From the NCBI GenBank assembly GCA_965215505.1, contig OZ244065.1, forward strand, positions 1,344,001 through 1,408,000: a stretch of 64,000 bases of DNA. The letters are read 5' to 3'. The position numbers were made by a program, and so were the translations under genes. Shown piece by piece: positions 19,058-28,080 of the stretch. The notes beneath the pieces were generated by a model that ran no database searches, had not been told where the DNA came from, and saw only the letters and a program-made list of their open reading frames with translations. This DNA is from Capsulimonadaceae bacterium (lineage in GTDB: Bacteria > Armatimonadota > Armatimonadia > Armatimonadales > Capsulimonadaceae). Numbering within the stretch: position 1 is the first letter of the stretch; every line of letters begins with the position of its first letter.

Positions 19058-21187
19058 CTACGGACGGGCCGCCACTTTGGCTAAGGGCGTGGCCGTGACG
19101 ACGCCGGCGGCGTCGCCCTGGAGGGCGGTCAGCGGGACCGTGACGCCGCTGCCGGTGGAGGAGACGGAGACGGTGCCGAGCGGGGTCCCGGTCGAAGGTG
19201 CCCACAGGCGCACGGTGTAGCGTCCCGCCGTCAGGCCCGGCAGAGTCACCTGCGCGTTCAGAGGGGCGGAGGCGGCTCGGTCACGCGCATAGGCCCAGAA
19301 GACGGCGGCGTGCGCGTCGCCGCGCGCCAGCGCCCCGACGGCAGGCGCGTAGTTCGTCACAGTGATGCTCCGGGCCATGTACCAGTCCGCGCCGGTGTTG
19401 AAGACGGAAACCGTATGCGCCCCGGCGGGGACATCCACGCCGATCGTCTGGTTGATGCGGCTCTCATTCGCCGTGGCGGGGTAATCCGCCTCGGCGGCCG
19501 CCTTGCCGTCGAGGGCGAGGACGGGGTGGGCACCGCCTTTGGCCGCGCGGCCCACACGGACTTCAAACCGGCAGGCGGCAGGCGCGTTCAGGTGGAAGGC
19601 GATGGGCCGCGCCAGGAAGTCGCGGTTGCTCGTGCCCTGGATGTAGGGCGTGATGCCGGACAGGTCCGGCGACCGGCCATCGGGTGAGAGCGTGACGTCG
19701 AACACCGTGGTCTTCCCCCAATCGCCAGGGGGCGCGAAGGAGAGGTCGCCGCGCGGCCCCGTGGACGACACGGCAGGCGAGAGCCGCGTCATGCCGCCGA
19801 GCTTCGCCACGTCATAGGCCCGCACGAAGCCGGCGGCGGACGCGAACTGCGGCCACCAGCCCCGCCGCTCCACCTGGTCCCAATACCAGAACTGTCCCGC
19901 GCCCGCCGCCGGGGAGGCGAGACTGGCCCAAAGCCCGTCGTGCAGGTCCCGCTCCGTCGCCGCCCCGCCGACGCCCCACTCGCCGTAGAAGACCGGCACC
20001 GGCACGTCGGCGGTCTTGACCGAGGCGAAGGTGGAGAGGATGTCGGGCGGGTAGGTGTGGATCTGGTCGTAGTCCAGCCCGATCTTCGCCAGGGGCTGGC
20101 CCGGTACGCTGTTGCTGGTGGTCAGCAGGTGGTGGTTGGCGTCCAGCGAGCGGATGTAGGCGGCCATCTCCTTGTGCCAGTTGACGACGTCCTGGAAATG
20201 GTCCCGGACTTCGGTGATGTTCTGGACCTCGTTGAACAGCTCATAGGCCAGCAGGTGGGTCGAGTAGCCGTAGCGGGCGACGATGTAGCGGTACTTGGCC
20301 CGAGTCAGCCGCCGGGCCTCGGGGTCGGTGAAGAAGTCGTCGGGGTTCTTCAGGAAGCCGCCGTTTGCCGCGTTGAACGGGTTGCCGGCCCAATTCGGGT
20401 CGGTGTGGGCGGTGTACTGGCCATGGTGCTGCAAGGTCATCTGCACATAGACGCCGGTCCTGGCGGCCTGGTCAAAGATCGTGTCCCAGCGCCGGGCGGC
20501 GGCCAGGTCGTAGCGCCCGATGGGCGGGCTGCCGGTCTGGCCGGCGGCCCATTCCAGGTTCTTGCCGTCCCAGTTGTTCATCCAGATGCGCGCCCAGTTC
20601 ATGTGGGCTGCGGCCATTCGGGCGAATAGCTGCGGGTAGTCCAGGTCCGAGCCGTTCTGCCAGGCGGCGTCCATGCCGAGCGGGTAGAACGGCTGCCCGT
20701 TGCCGAGAAGGAACCGCTGGACGGTCTTCGGGTCACGACGGACGAACCCGGAGTCTTTGGAGGCCACGCACCGGAACCGGCGCGGGCTGAGGTCGGTCGG
20801 GGCCAGGGCGACGCCGCTGCGGGTGACGCTCAGGGCATACGCGCCGACTTTGAGGGGCGCGTACCGGACGCGCCAGCGGTCACCGTCCCAGAAGGCGGGC
20901 TGGGTGACTTTGAGGCCGCCGGGGCCGGTGAAGATCACATTCACGTCGTTTTCGCGCGGGTCGAAGGGGTTGCCGCTCTGGTCCGGGAGCGTGAAAGACG
21001 CCTCGAATTTGCCGTCGCGCGGGATGACCGGCATGGACACTGCGGGCGGCTGCTGCACCGTTTCCTTCGGGGGAATAGGGGCCGCCGCCGCACAGGGGGA
21101 GGCAGCCAGCAGCGCGAGTGCTGCGAGTGTCAGGGACGATGCCGCCCAACGCTGGGTGGGAAGGCGAAAGGGAAGGGTTCTGGACAT
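19058..21187 (-). CDS. secreted DUF5060/GH5-like glycoside hydrolase
   Basis: NPFDP..WRVRY N-terminal domain; YIVARYGYS, YELFNEV, FYGEWG. Confidence 0.75.
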   Translation of the reverse strand: MSRTLPFRLPTQRWAASSLTLAALALLAASPCAAAAPIPPKETVQQPPAVSMPVIPRDGKFEASFTLPDQSGNPFDPRENDVNVIFTGPGGLKVTQPAFWDGDRWRVRYAPLKVGAYALSVTRSGVALAPTDLSPRRFRCVASKDSGFVRRDPKTVQRFLLGNGQPFYPLGMDAAWQNGSDLDYPQLFARMAAAHMNWARIWMNNWDGKNLEWAAGQTGSPPIGRYDLAAARRWDTIFDQAARTGVYVQMTLQHHGQYTAHTDPNWAGNPFNAANGGFLKNPDDFFTDPEARRLTRAKYRYIVARYGYSTHLLAYELFNEVQNITEVRDHFQDVVNWHKEMAAYIRSLDANHHLLTTSNSVPGQPLAKIGLDYDQIHTYPPDILSTFASVKTADVPVPVFYGEWGVGGAATERDLHDGLWASLASPAAGAGQFWYWDQVERRGWWPQFASAAGFVRAYDVAKLGGMTRLSPAVSSTGPRGDLSFAPPGDWGKTTVFDVTLSPDGRSPDLSGITPYIQGTSNRDFLARPIAFHLNAPAACRFEVRVGRAAKGGAHPVLALDGKAAAEADYPATANESRINQTIGVDVPAGAHTVSVFNTGADWYMARSITVTNYAPAVGALARGDAHAAVFWAYARDRAASAPLNAQVTLPGLTAGRYTVRLWAPSTGTPLGTVSVSSTGSGVTVPLTALQGDAAGVVTATPLAKVAARP

Positions 21188-21240
21188 AAGGTTGTCTTTC
21201 AGTCGTTTCGTTCCGGGAAGGTCCGTCTAAGAAGGTCTGT

Positions 21241-22404
21241 CTAAGATGTGATCTTCAGCAATATGGACTCGTGCGGCTCCACGCGCTGGGTGAGCTGCCA
21301 GCCGAAGTCGGCGGCGTCCGCCTGGGTCCACAGGTTACGCGCCCGCTTCGGGGCGTCCAGCAGGCCGACTTCTTTGGCGAGGACGGGCATGTCTGCCCCG
21401 ACCGCCCCACGGTTGATCAGCGCCACGGCGAGGGAGCCATCGGAGAGCGGCTTTTTCCACACCTCACACGGCCCCGTCTGCTTCACGCGCCGGGCGGGAA
21501 CGCCGAGCGCGTCCTGATTGACGGCCAGCACCTCCCGGTTGGTCAGCAGGGCGGTCGTTTCTTTGTCCATGGCGCGCACGTCGCACCCGATCATCAGCGG
21601 TGAACAGGCCATGCACCACAGGGTCATGTGGGTCTGGTACTCCAGAAAGGACAGGCCGCCGCCCGAGATGTGTCCTTTCCCCTTGAGGCCGACGATGAGC
21701 ATGTCCAGGTCGTTCCAGCGGCCGGGTCCGCCGTACTCGTGCAGGTCGTGCGCGATGTCGATGGAGACGTCTACGCCGATGCCGTAGGTGTTCCAGTCCG
21801 CCATCCAGACGTTGACCCAGCTATCGAAGACGTCCCCTGAAACCCGCCACATGTGGCCGCCGATCTCAGGCCCCCACAAGTGCGGGCTGCGGCCGCCCCA
21901 TTCGCAGAGGGAAAACAGGAAGTCCCGCCCCGTGCCGCGCAGTGCCGCCCCCATGCGGCCGTACCGCTCGATGGCCGTCTCCTGATCGTTCGGCGCACTG
22001 CAATAGTCGTACTTGAGGAAGTCAACTCCCCACCCAGCCCATAGATGGGCATCCTGTTCCTCGAAGCCGAGGCTTCCTGGATAGCCGGCGCAGGTCAGCT
22101 CGGCGGCATCCGAATAGATGCCGAGCTTGAAGCCCCGTTCGTGGACATAATCGGCGAGGGCTTTCATGCCGCCGGGGAACTTTGTGGGATCGGCCACGAG
22201 GTTGCCGGCGGCGTCGCGGCCACTCTTCACCGACCAGCAATCGTCAATGACGATGTACTCATAGCCGCAGTCCCGGAGGCCGGAGGAGACGAGCGCGTCG
22301 GCAGTCTCCCGGATCGCGCTCTCGTGGATCGCACACCCGAACATGTTCCAGGAATTCCAGCCCATCGGCGGCGTGGCCGCGAGGGTTGTCGGTGAAGAGG
22401 CCAT
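21241..22404 (-). CDS. GH27 alpha-galactosidase
   Basis: TPPMGWNSWN, IDDCW, DFLKYDYC, WNDLDML. Confidence 0.93.
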   Translation of the reverse strand: MASSPTTLAATPPMGWNSWNMFGCAIHESAIRETADALVSSGLRDCGYEYIVIDDCWSVKSGRDAAGNLVADPTKFPGGMKALADYVHERGFKLGIYSDAAELTCAGYPGSLGFEEQDAHLWAGWGVDFLKYDYCSAPNDQETAIERYGRMGAALRGTGRDFLFSLCEWGGRSPHLWGPEIGGHMWRVSGDVFDSWVNVWMADWNTYGIGVDVSIDIAHDLHEYGGPGRWNDLDMLIVGLKGKGHISGGGLSFLEYQTHMTLWCMACSPLMIGCDVRAMDKETTALLTNREVLAVNQDALGVPARRVKQTGPCEVWKKPLSDGSLAVALINRGAVGADMPVLAKEVGLLDAPKRARNLWTQADAADFGWQLTQRVEPHESILLKITS

Positions 22405-22480
22405 GGATCACTCCCGAGATGGAATGCTGAATGGAGGCGGCCTCCAAAAGCTGCCGTCCGTTGCCGATACTTTTACCGTG

Positions 22481-22624
22481 ATGAACAATTCTAACGCCCA
22501 AGCCCTGCCAATGCGGACGCTCTACGCGCCCAACCCGCCCCAACTCGACGACCCGTGGATGCGCGCCCTGCTCGTCCTTCTGGTGGTCTTCGGCCTTGCC
22601 GCCCTGTTCGCACTCGGCTCGTGA
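22481..22624 (+). CDS. putative small single-TM protein
   Basis: 47-aa ORF ending in RALLVLLVVFGLAALFALGS. Confidence 0.45.
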   Translation: MNNSNAQALPMRTLYAPNPPQLDDPWMRALLVLLVVFGLAALFALGS

Positions 22625-22661
22625 GTCGGGAACTCCCCTGGCCTCCGTTGCTGAGGCCGGG

Positions 22662-22809
22662 CATGGGGCTGAACCCCCGTGCTTCGGTAAAGCAACTCCC
22701 CGCCTTCGCGGGCAAGGGAGGGCGGGGGGACCCCGCCCCTACACGGTCATAAATCCTCGCCCGCGCCGGCGGGGGCTTGCACTTTTCAGCACGGGGGTTC
22801 AGCCCCGTG
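22662..22809. repeat. REPIN-like inverted doublet with nested GTAG REP
   Basis: catggggctgaacccccgtgct / agcacgggggttcagccccgtg; nested ggcgggggaccccgcccctac at 22721-22742. Confidence 0.75.
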
Positions 22810-22820
22810 AGAACGCGCCC

Positions 22821-23945
22821 CTACATCCGCACCTCTTTGCCCGTCTCGCTGGACTCGTAGAGCGCGCTCAGGATGCGCGAAGCCATTAGGGCCTGCTCGC
22901 CGGGAACGGCGACCGGCGTGTCGGTGCTGACCGACTCGACGAAGGCGCGGATTTCGGCCTCGTGCGTGGAGACGCGGGGCAGGAAGACGGGCTGGCTGTC
23001 GTAGAGCGCCCCGGCCTCCTCGGTGTAGATGCGGGTGTTTGCGTCGTTGTGCAGGTCGAGGAACACGCCGCCCTCGGTCCCGAACAGGCTGGTTTCGAAT
23101 CGCTCCTTGTCGTTGTTCAGCACGAAGGACGATTCCAGCACGAGCGACGCGCCGTTCTCGAACTTGATGTAGCCCGAGGCGAAGTCCTCGACGGTGAAGT
23201 TGTTCGGGTCCCAGGGCGTGCCGAACAGGTTGACGTGGCCGGACCGGTGGCCGAACTTGGTGACGGCCGTGCCGCTGACGGCGACCGGCTTGGGGTGCCC
23301 CATCAGCCACAGAGTCATGTCGAGGATGTGGACGCCGATGTCAATGAGCGGCCCGCCGCCCTGCTTGTCTTTCTCGGTGAAGACGCCCCACATCGGCACG
23401 CCCCGGCGGCGCAGGGCCTGGGCGCGGGCGTAGTAGATGTCGCCGAATTTGCCCGTGTCCAGCAGCCGCTTGATCGCTTGCGGGCCGCCCCCGAAGCGCA
23501 TATTCAGGCCCACCTGGAACTTCTTGCCGGCCTTCTGTGCGGCGGCCACCATCAGCTCGCCCTGGCTGCCATCAATGGCGATGGGCTTCTCGCAGATGAC
23601 GTGCTTGCCGGCCTCGAAGGCCGCCACGACCGGCGGCATGTGCATGAAGTTCGGGGTGCAGACGTCCACCGCCTCCACCTCGGGGTTCGCCAGCAGTTCC
23701 CTATAGTCCTCGTAGGTCTGGGCGGGTCCGAACTTCGCGTTCGCCTCGGCCAGCTTGTCCGGCTTGATGTCGCACAGGGCGACGATCCGCACCTTGCCCT
23801 CGTCTTGCAGTTTCTTGTAAGCGGGCAGGTGAACGCTCTGGGCGATCCCACCCGTGCCGACGAGGCCGATCCCGATCGGCCTGCCGCTGTAGCCCGAGGC
23901 ACCCTTTGCCCCGGCGATCAAGTCCGCATCCCAGTCATTTGCCAT
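22821..23945 (-). CDS. Gfo/Idh/MocA oxidoreductase
   Basis: GLVGTGGIA, GKHVICEKP, GGGPLIDIGVH; start trimmed to MANDWD. Confidence 0.92.
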   Translation of the reverse strand: MANDWDADLIAGAKGASGYSGRPIGIGLVGTGGIAQSVHLPAYKKLQDEGKVRIVALCDIKPDKLAEANAKFGPAQTYEDYRELLANPEVEAVDVCTPNFMHMPPVVAAFEAGKHVICEKPIAIDGSQGELMVAAAQKAGKKFQVGLNMRFGGGPQAIKRLLDTGKFGDIYYARAQALRRRGVPMWGVFTEKDKQGGGPLIDIGVHILDMTLWLMGHPKPVAVSGTAVTKFGHRSGHVNLFGTPWDPNNFTVEDFASGYIKFENGASLVLESSFVLNNDKERFETSLFGTEGGVFLDLHNDANTRIYTEEAGALYDSQPVFLPRVSTHEAEIRAFVESVSTDTPVAVPGEQALMASRILSALYESSETGKEVRM

Positions 23946-24032
23946 AAGGTCAATCTTCCTTCCGTCCGTTAGGTTGTGCAGGATAGTTCGGCGCGGGGGG
24001 CCAGACTCCCTCCTGCGAATCATGTTGTGTTC

Positions 24033-24827
24033 TCACTGTTTGGAGAGAATAACGTCCGTCAGCATCCGGTATGGGATGTTCTGCGAAGGGCAGGCTGGGT
24101 TATAGAGGACCGTAAGAGGTTGTCCCAACTCCGTCTTTTCGTAGAAAAGCTGGCTACAGGTGACTTTATTGGAGTAGGACCTACTCTCAACCGCGAACCT
24201 GCCGTCTACCATGAATTGGTACGTCACGCAGAACGCCTTGTGTACGGGACCTGGGCTACGGTCCGTGACGGTTCCTTCCACGGCCAAACCATCACGCAGG
24301 AGCGAGAGGTGCTGTCGGTAGGTGGCCTCCATGCCGATCAACAGCAGGCCGAAGAGGACGAAGGCACCCAACTCGCCCCAAAGCCATCTGCTCCGTTGCG
24401 CCTCGATGCGTGCCGGTGTCACCGTGCCAAGCCGGTAAGTCTCAGGGCGTGACGGCAGAAAAGTTACTTCAATGGCCGTGCCGCGCCGGGTGTCGCGGTA
24501 TTCGTCCTCGCCAACACCTTCCATGCCATCCACCCAAATGCCATCCACCCAAATGCCATCCCCGTCAAAGGTATAGTCAAGGTAGTAGCAGTCGGACTTA
24601 CCGTGGCTTATGTGCCTTCCGACCACATGGGCCAGAGTGGTGCGCCCGTGGGCTTTCAGCGTGTTCAGGTCGCCGAGGTCACAGTCGGCGAGCCACCAAA
24701 CGAAGCCGACCACGAAAAAGAGCAGGAGGAGCAAGAACAGGCGGGAGACATGGGTGGAGGTTTTGAAGTTGGCTGCGCGCGGGACGTCTGTCGTCAGTTC
24801 ATCCGAGGCGGATGTTCCTAAAATCAT
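24033..24827 (-). CDS. membrane protein with two DUF3592-like modules
   Basis: Two TM plus beta modules (G.V.......Y.F....G....V.Y.P..P). Confidence 0.65.
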   Translation of the reverse strand: MILGTSASDELTTDVPRAANFKTSTHVSRLFLLLLLFFVVGFVWWLADCDLGDLNTLKAHGRTTLAHVVGRHISHGKSDCYYLDYTFDGDGIWVDGIWVDGMEGVGEDEYRDTRRGTAIEVTFLPSRPETYRLGTVTPARIEAQRSRWLWGELGAFVLFGLLLIGMEATYRQHLSLLRDGLAVEGTVTDRSPGPVHKAFCVTYQFMVDGRFAVESRSYSNKVTCSQLFYEKTELGQPLTVLYNPACPSQNIPYRMLTDVILSKQ

Positions 24828-24888
24828 AGCGGTATCACATGTCTATGAGACCCACTTGCGCCCGGAAAATTGCGTCATCCTCCCTCCC

Positions 24889-25425
24889 CTATTTGGAATG
24901 CGCCTGCCGGGGGCGACGCACCTCCAGCGGCGCGACGAAGGCCGGGGCCAGCAGGGTCCAGCCCAGCAGGGCCAGGGCGGGGACGGAAACCGCGCCCTCG
25001 TGGACCAGCTTGCCCGCCGCGTCCATCGCCTGATCCCCGATGTTGGCCGGGCGGTCCAGCACGTCCGGGGCGCGCTCCACGGCGATCTCCGTCCCCTTGT
25101 CGGTCAACTCATTCAGCACGTCGTCGGTGTAGAAGGGCAGGACGGCGCTGCAAAGGGCGAACCCGTAGACCAGCCCGAGCAGGGCGGCGGCCACGCGCAC
25201 CTGCCCGCGCGAACGGTCCCCGACGATGCTCGTCAGCACCGCGCCGATCAGCCCGCCGCCCATGAAGGCCAGCACGACGCTCCCGCCCAGGGTTGTCACG
25301 CCGCCTAGCGGCGGCCGGCCCAGCCCAAGCGCGTGGCTGAGGATCAGCAGCAGGGGGAAGGATGCGGCGACGGCAAGCAGGCCGAGGAGGGCCTGGCGCA
25401 CGGCGACCCAGACAAGGCGCTTCAT
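24889..25425 (-). CDS. hypothetical membrane protein (about 4 TM)
   Basis: Start trimmed to MKRLVWV; hydrophobic segments. Confidence 0.65.
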   Translation of the reverse strand: MKRLVWVAVRQALLGLLAVAASFPLLLILSHALGLGRPPLGGVTTLGGSVVLAFMGGGLIGAVLTSIVGDRSRGQVRVAAALLGLVYGFALCSAVLPFYTDDVLNELTDKGTEIAVERAPDVLDRPANIGDQAMDAAGKLVHEGAVSVPALALLGWTLLAPAFVAPLEVRRPRQAHSK

Positions 25426-25610
25426 GGTTTGGGGTCCTGTTGGCGTTCGGCAGTCATTTGTGTCCGCCCTTCTTCGACGTGTTCCCTGCATTGTTCCCGA
25501 CGCGCCAAGCCCCAAACCCGGAAGGACAGGCGATGCCGTCCCGCGCATTTCGTTCGGTGTGAACCTTTCTGCTTTTTGATGCGCCTTATCCGATGGGGAG
25601 GTGACTGAGG

Positions 25611-26954
25611 TTGGCCGATCACGACGAAGGGGATACGCGGCTGCAAGCGGCATCGGGGGACGAAAAGGCGTTCGGCCGGCTCATCCGCCCGCATCGGCAG
25701 ACGCTCGCCCGGTACATCCGCCATCAGGTGCCGAACGCCGAGGACGCCGAAGACGTGTTCCAAGAAACCCTGCTGGCGGCCTGGCTCGGCCTGGGTCGGC
25801 TCCGCGAAACGGGCAGCGTCCGCGCCTGGCTGATCCAGGTGGCCCGCAACCGTTGCCGGGACCACTTCCGCCGGCGGGGGCATTTGGACGTGCCGATGGA
25901 TAGCCGGGAGCTAGAACACTTCGCCAGCCGCTTCGGCCTGTCCCAGCACCGCCGCTCACAGACAATGACCGACATCGTGGATGCCCTCGAAGACGCCCCG
26001 CCCGCCGCCCGCGAGGCTGCCCGCCGGTTCTACCTGGAGGGCCTGAGCGTCGCCGAGATCGCCGCCGAGACGCACTCCCCGCCCGGCACGGTCAGGCGGC
26101 GTCTTTTCCAGGCGCGCAACTCCCTCCGCGCCTCACTCGGGGTCAGTCCCCCGCAAAGGAACATTCCCATGGACACGCAGACGACTGAAACGATCCCCGT
26201 CCCGGTGACGGCCTTCCCACTCATCCGGCCCGAGATCGTAATCACCGCATTGGACGCACCGCCGTTCGCCGTGGATTGCCTGGAACTGCGCTACTGGTCC
26301 ATCATCCCGCGCGTCGGCGAGTGGGCGTCGTGGGCGGATTATGAGCTGCCGGGCTGGAAACTCAGCGAGGCGGTGGAAGCGCGCGCCTTGCGCCCGGCCA
26401 CCGTGCATGACGCTGAGGGAGTGCAGATCGAGTTCCGCCCGTGGGAGCCTGAAGAGGGCTGGATGCCGCCTGGGACGGTCCATGGCCGGCTGACCGAGGC
26501 GGGGGGCGAGTGGCTCGCCGTCAGCCTGGTGCATGAGGGGAAGTCCCAGGTGACGACGTTTCTAGATGAGAACTTCGACGCCAACTGGGGCGGCGTGAAG
26601 CGGGCTATGGCAGACGGGGGGATGGTCGAGAGCGCACCCGATGGCTCTCTGCATCTGCGGGACCGCGCCGCCCTCCTCAACGGCACCGGGGCGGGCCTGT
26701 TCACGCTGGACATCGGGGCGAAACGGCTGACCTGCCTGCGGGCCGTTGAGTGCGACATTGAGGATGAAACCGACACATTGGTCATCAGCTACTTCACGCG
26801 CGAGGGGCGCATGGCGCTGGTGCAGCGCTATAAGCGACCTGGTTTCGTCCAGACGGCCGAGTTCCCGGTCATTTTGGATGAGACGGATCAGGTCGTCGTG
26901 GACGGCCTGACCTTCCTCCACTGGTACGATACGGTTACGAACATCGCGCTGTAA
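25611..26954 (+). CDS. ECF sigma factor with long C-terminal extension
   Basis: DAEDVFQETLL, WLIQVARN, GLSVAEIA..PPGTVRRRLFQAR, then ~260 further aa. Confidence 0.9.
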   Translation: MADHDEGDTRLQAASGDEKAFGRLIRPHRQTLARYIRHQVPNAEDAEDVFQETLLAAWLGLGRLRETGSVRAWLIQVARNRCRDHFRRRGHLDVPMDSRELEHFASRFGLSQHRRSQTMTDIVDALEDAPPAAREAARRFYLEGLSVAEIAAETHSPPGTVRRRLFQARNSLRASLGVSPPQRNIPMDTQTTETIPVPVTAFPLIRPEIVITALDAPPFAVDCLELRYWSIIPRVGEWASWADYELPGWKLSEAVEARALRPATVHDAEGVQIEFRPWEPEEGWMPPGTVHGRLTEAGGEWLAVSLVHEGKSQVTTFLDENFDANWGGVKRAMADGGMVESAPDGSLHLRDRAALLNGTGAGLFTLDIGAKRLTCLRAVECDIEDETDTLVISYFTREGRMALVQRYKRPGFVQTAEFPVILDETDQVVVDGLTFLHWYDTVTNIAL

Positions 26955-27079
26955 GGAACCCGGCACCCCTTCTTCTGTATGATGGGCGTCGTCAAGACCG
27001 GCCTGGTCTTGCCTCGGTGACCGGAAGCGGGCTATTTTCTAGTATACTAACCTCAACGACTTGCCCGGAAGGAGACGGA

Positions 27080-27325
27080 ATGGCACCAACAGAGACAATC
27101 GAGGGAACCCCACAAGAGCTGCTGCCACGCTTGCAGTCTTTGCCGGCGACGGAGAGGTATCGTCTGACTCGCCTCCCCGACACGGAAACTAACGCGAAGC
27201 CGTTCTACCAGACCGCCACCCCGGAGGAGTGGGGGCAGGCATGGCGGGAGTGGGCTGCCGATCATCACTCTCGGTCGCCCGGCCTGTCGGATGACGCGGT
27301 CGGGCGCGACAGCATCTACGACTAA
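27080..27325 (+). CDS. antitoxin-like small protein
   Basis: C-terminal PGLSDDAVGRDSIYD resembles PPLSDYAVSREGIYG of the 51472-51723 antitoxin. Confidence 0.6.
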   Translation: MAPTETIEGTPQELLPRLQSLPATERYRLTRLPDTETNAKPFYQTATPEEWGQAWREWAADHHSRSPGLSDDAVGRDSIYD

Positions 27326-27340
27326 CAGGAAACCAAAGCC

Positions 27341-27682
27341 ATGACACTGACGCTTGATCTGACGCGGGAGGAAGAGAGCCGGCTCGCCGCCGCCGCGCGG
27401 GAGCAGGGGGCAGAACCGACGGAGGTCCTTAAAACACTGATGAGGCAGCATCTGCCGCCTGTCGGCGTGACGCCGAAGCCGAATGAGGAAGCCCTAGCCA
27501 CTCTGCGTGACATCGCAAGGCTCAAAGAAGGGATGCCGGAGACGGACGGGTCGCAAACGGACCAGATGCTCCGGGCCGGGCGGGCGGGGGCGATTCATGG
27601 CATCTCTTGGGCCGCGTCCCTGTACTTGACCCGGACGTGGATGCCATGCCAGTTCGGCAGTAGCACGCTCAGGCTGTTGTAG
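27341..27682 (+). CDS. antitoxin-like small protein, 3' end probably disrupted
   Basis: MTLTLDLTREEESRLAAAAREQG RHH-like N-terminus; overlaps a convergent gene by 88 nt. Confidence 0.6.
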   Translation: MTLTLDLTREEESRLAAAAREQGAEPTEVLKTLMRQHLPPVGVTPKPNEEALATLRDIARLKEGMPETDGSQTDQMLRAGRAGAIHGISWAASLYLTRTWMPCQFGSSTLRLL

Positions 27683-28068
27683 GACTCTATTTCAAGAACG
27701 CCCCGGCCCACCCACCTCACCCCACAAATGCCCTGGAAGGGGACGCTTTCCAAAGACGCCGAGGCCACTACGACCGGGACGCTGACCGTCCCAGCCGGGC
27801 GGAGTGACTGAAGCATGACGGTCGCCCCGACAGGGACAACACCCATCCCATCGGAGGTGTACAGCAAGGCGACGCAGTCCTCGGCGGGCGAAACGATCCT
27901 CTCCATCTCCCGGCCAGGTGCAGGCGGGAACGAGGGACGCATGTTCATGCCGTGGGCGTGTACATGCACATGGGGAGCCGAAGCAAGGCGAACCACAAGG
28001 GCCACGATGACGATTGTGGAAGCGGAAAGCACGGAGACAGGAATAAGGTTCTGCCGAAAGAAACCCAT
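27595..28068 (-). CDS. hypothetical membrane-anchored protein
   Basis: N-terminal TM segment; directly follows the DUF6785-type gene. Confidence 0.5.
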   Translation of the reverse strand: MGFFRQNLIPVSVLSASTIVIVALVVRLASAPHVHVHAHGMNMRPSFPPAPGREMERIVSPAEDCVALLYTSDGMGVVPVGATVMLQSLRPAGTVSVPVVVASASLESVPFQGICGVRWVGRGVLEIESYNSLSVLLPNWHGIHVRVKYRDAAQEMP

Positions 28069-28080
28069 GACTACCGTCCC

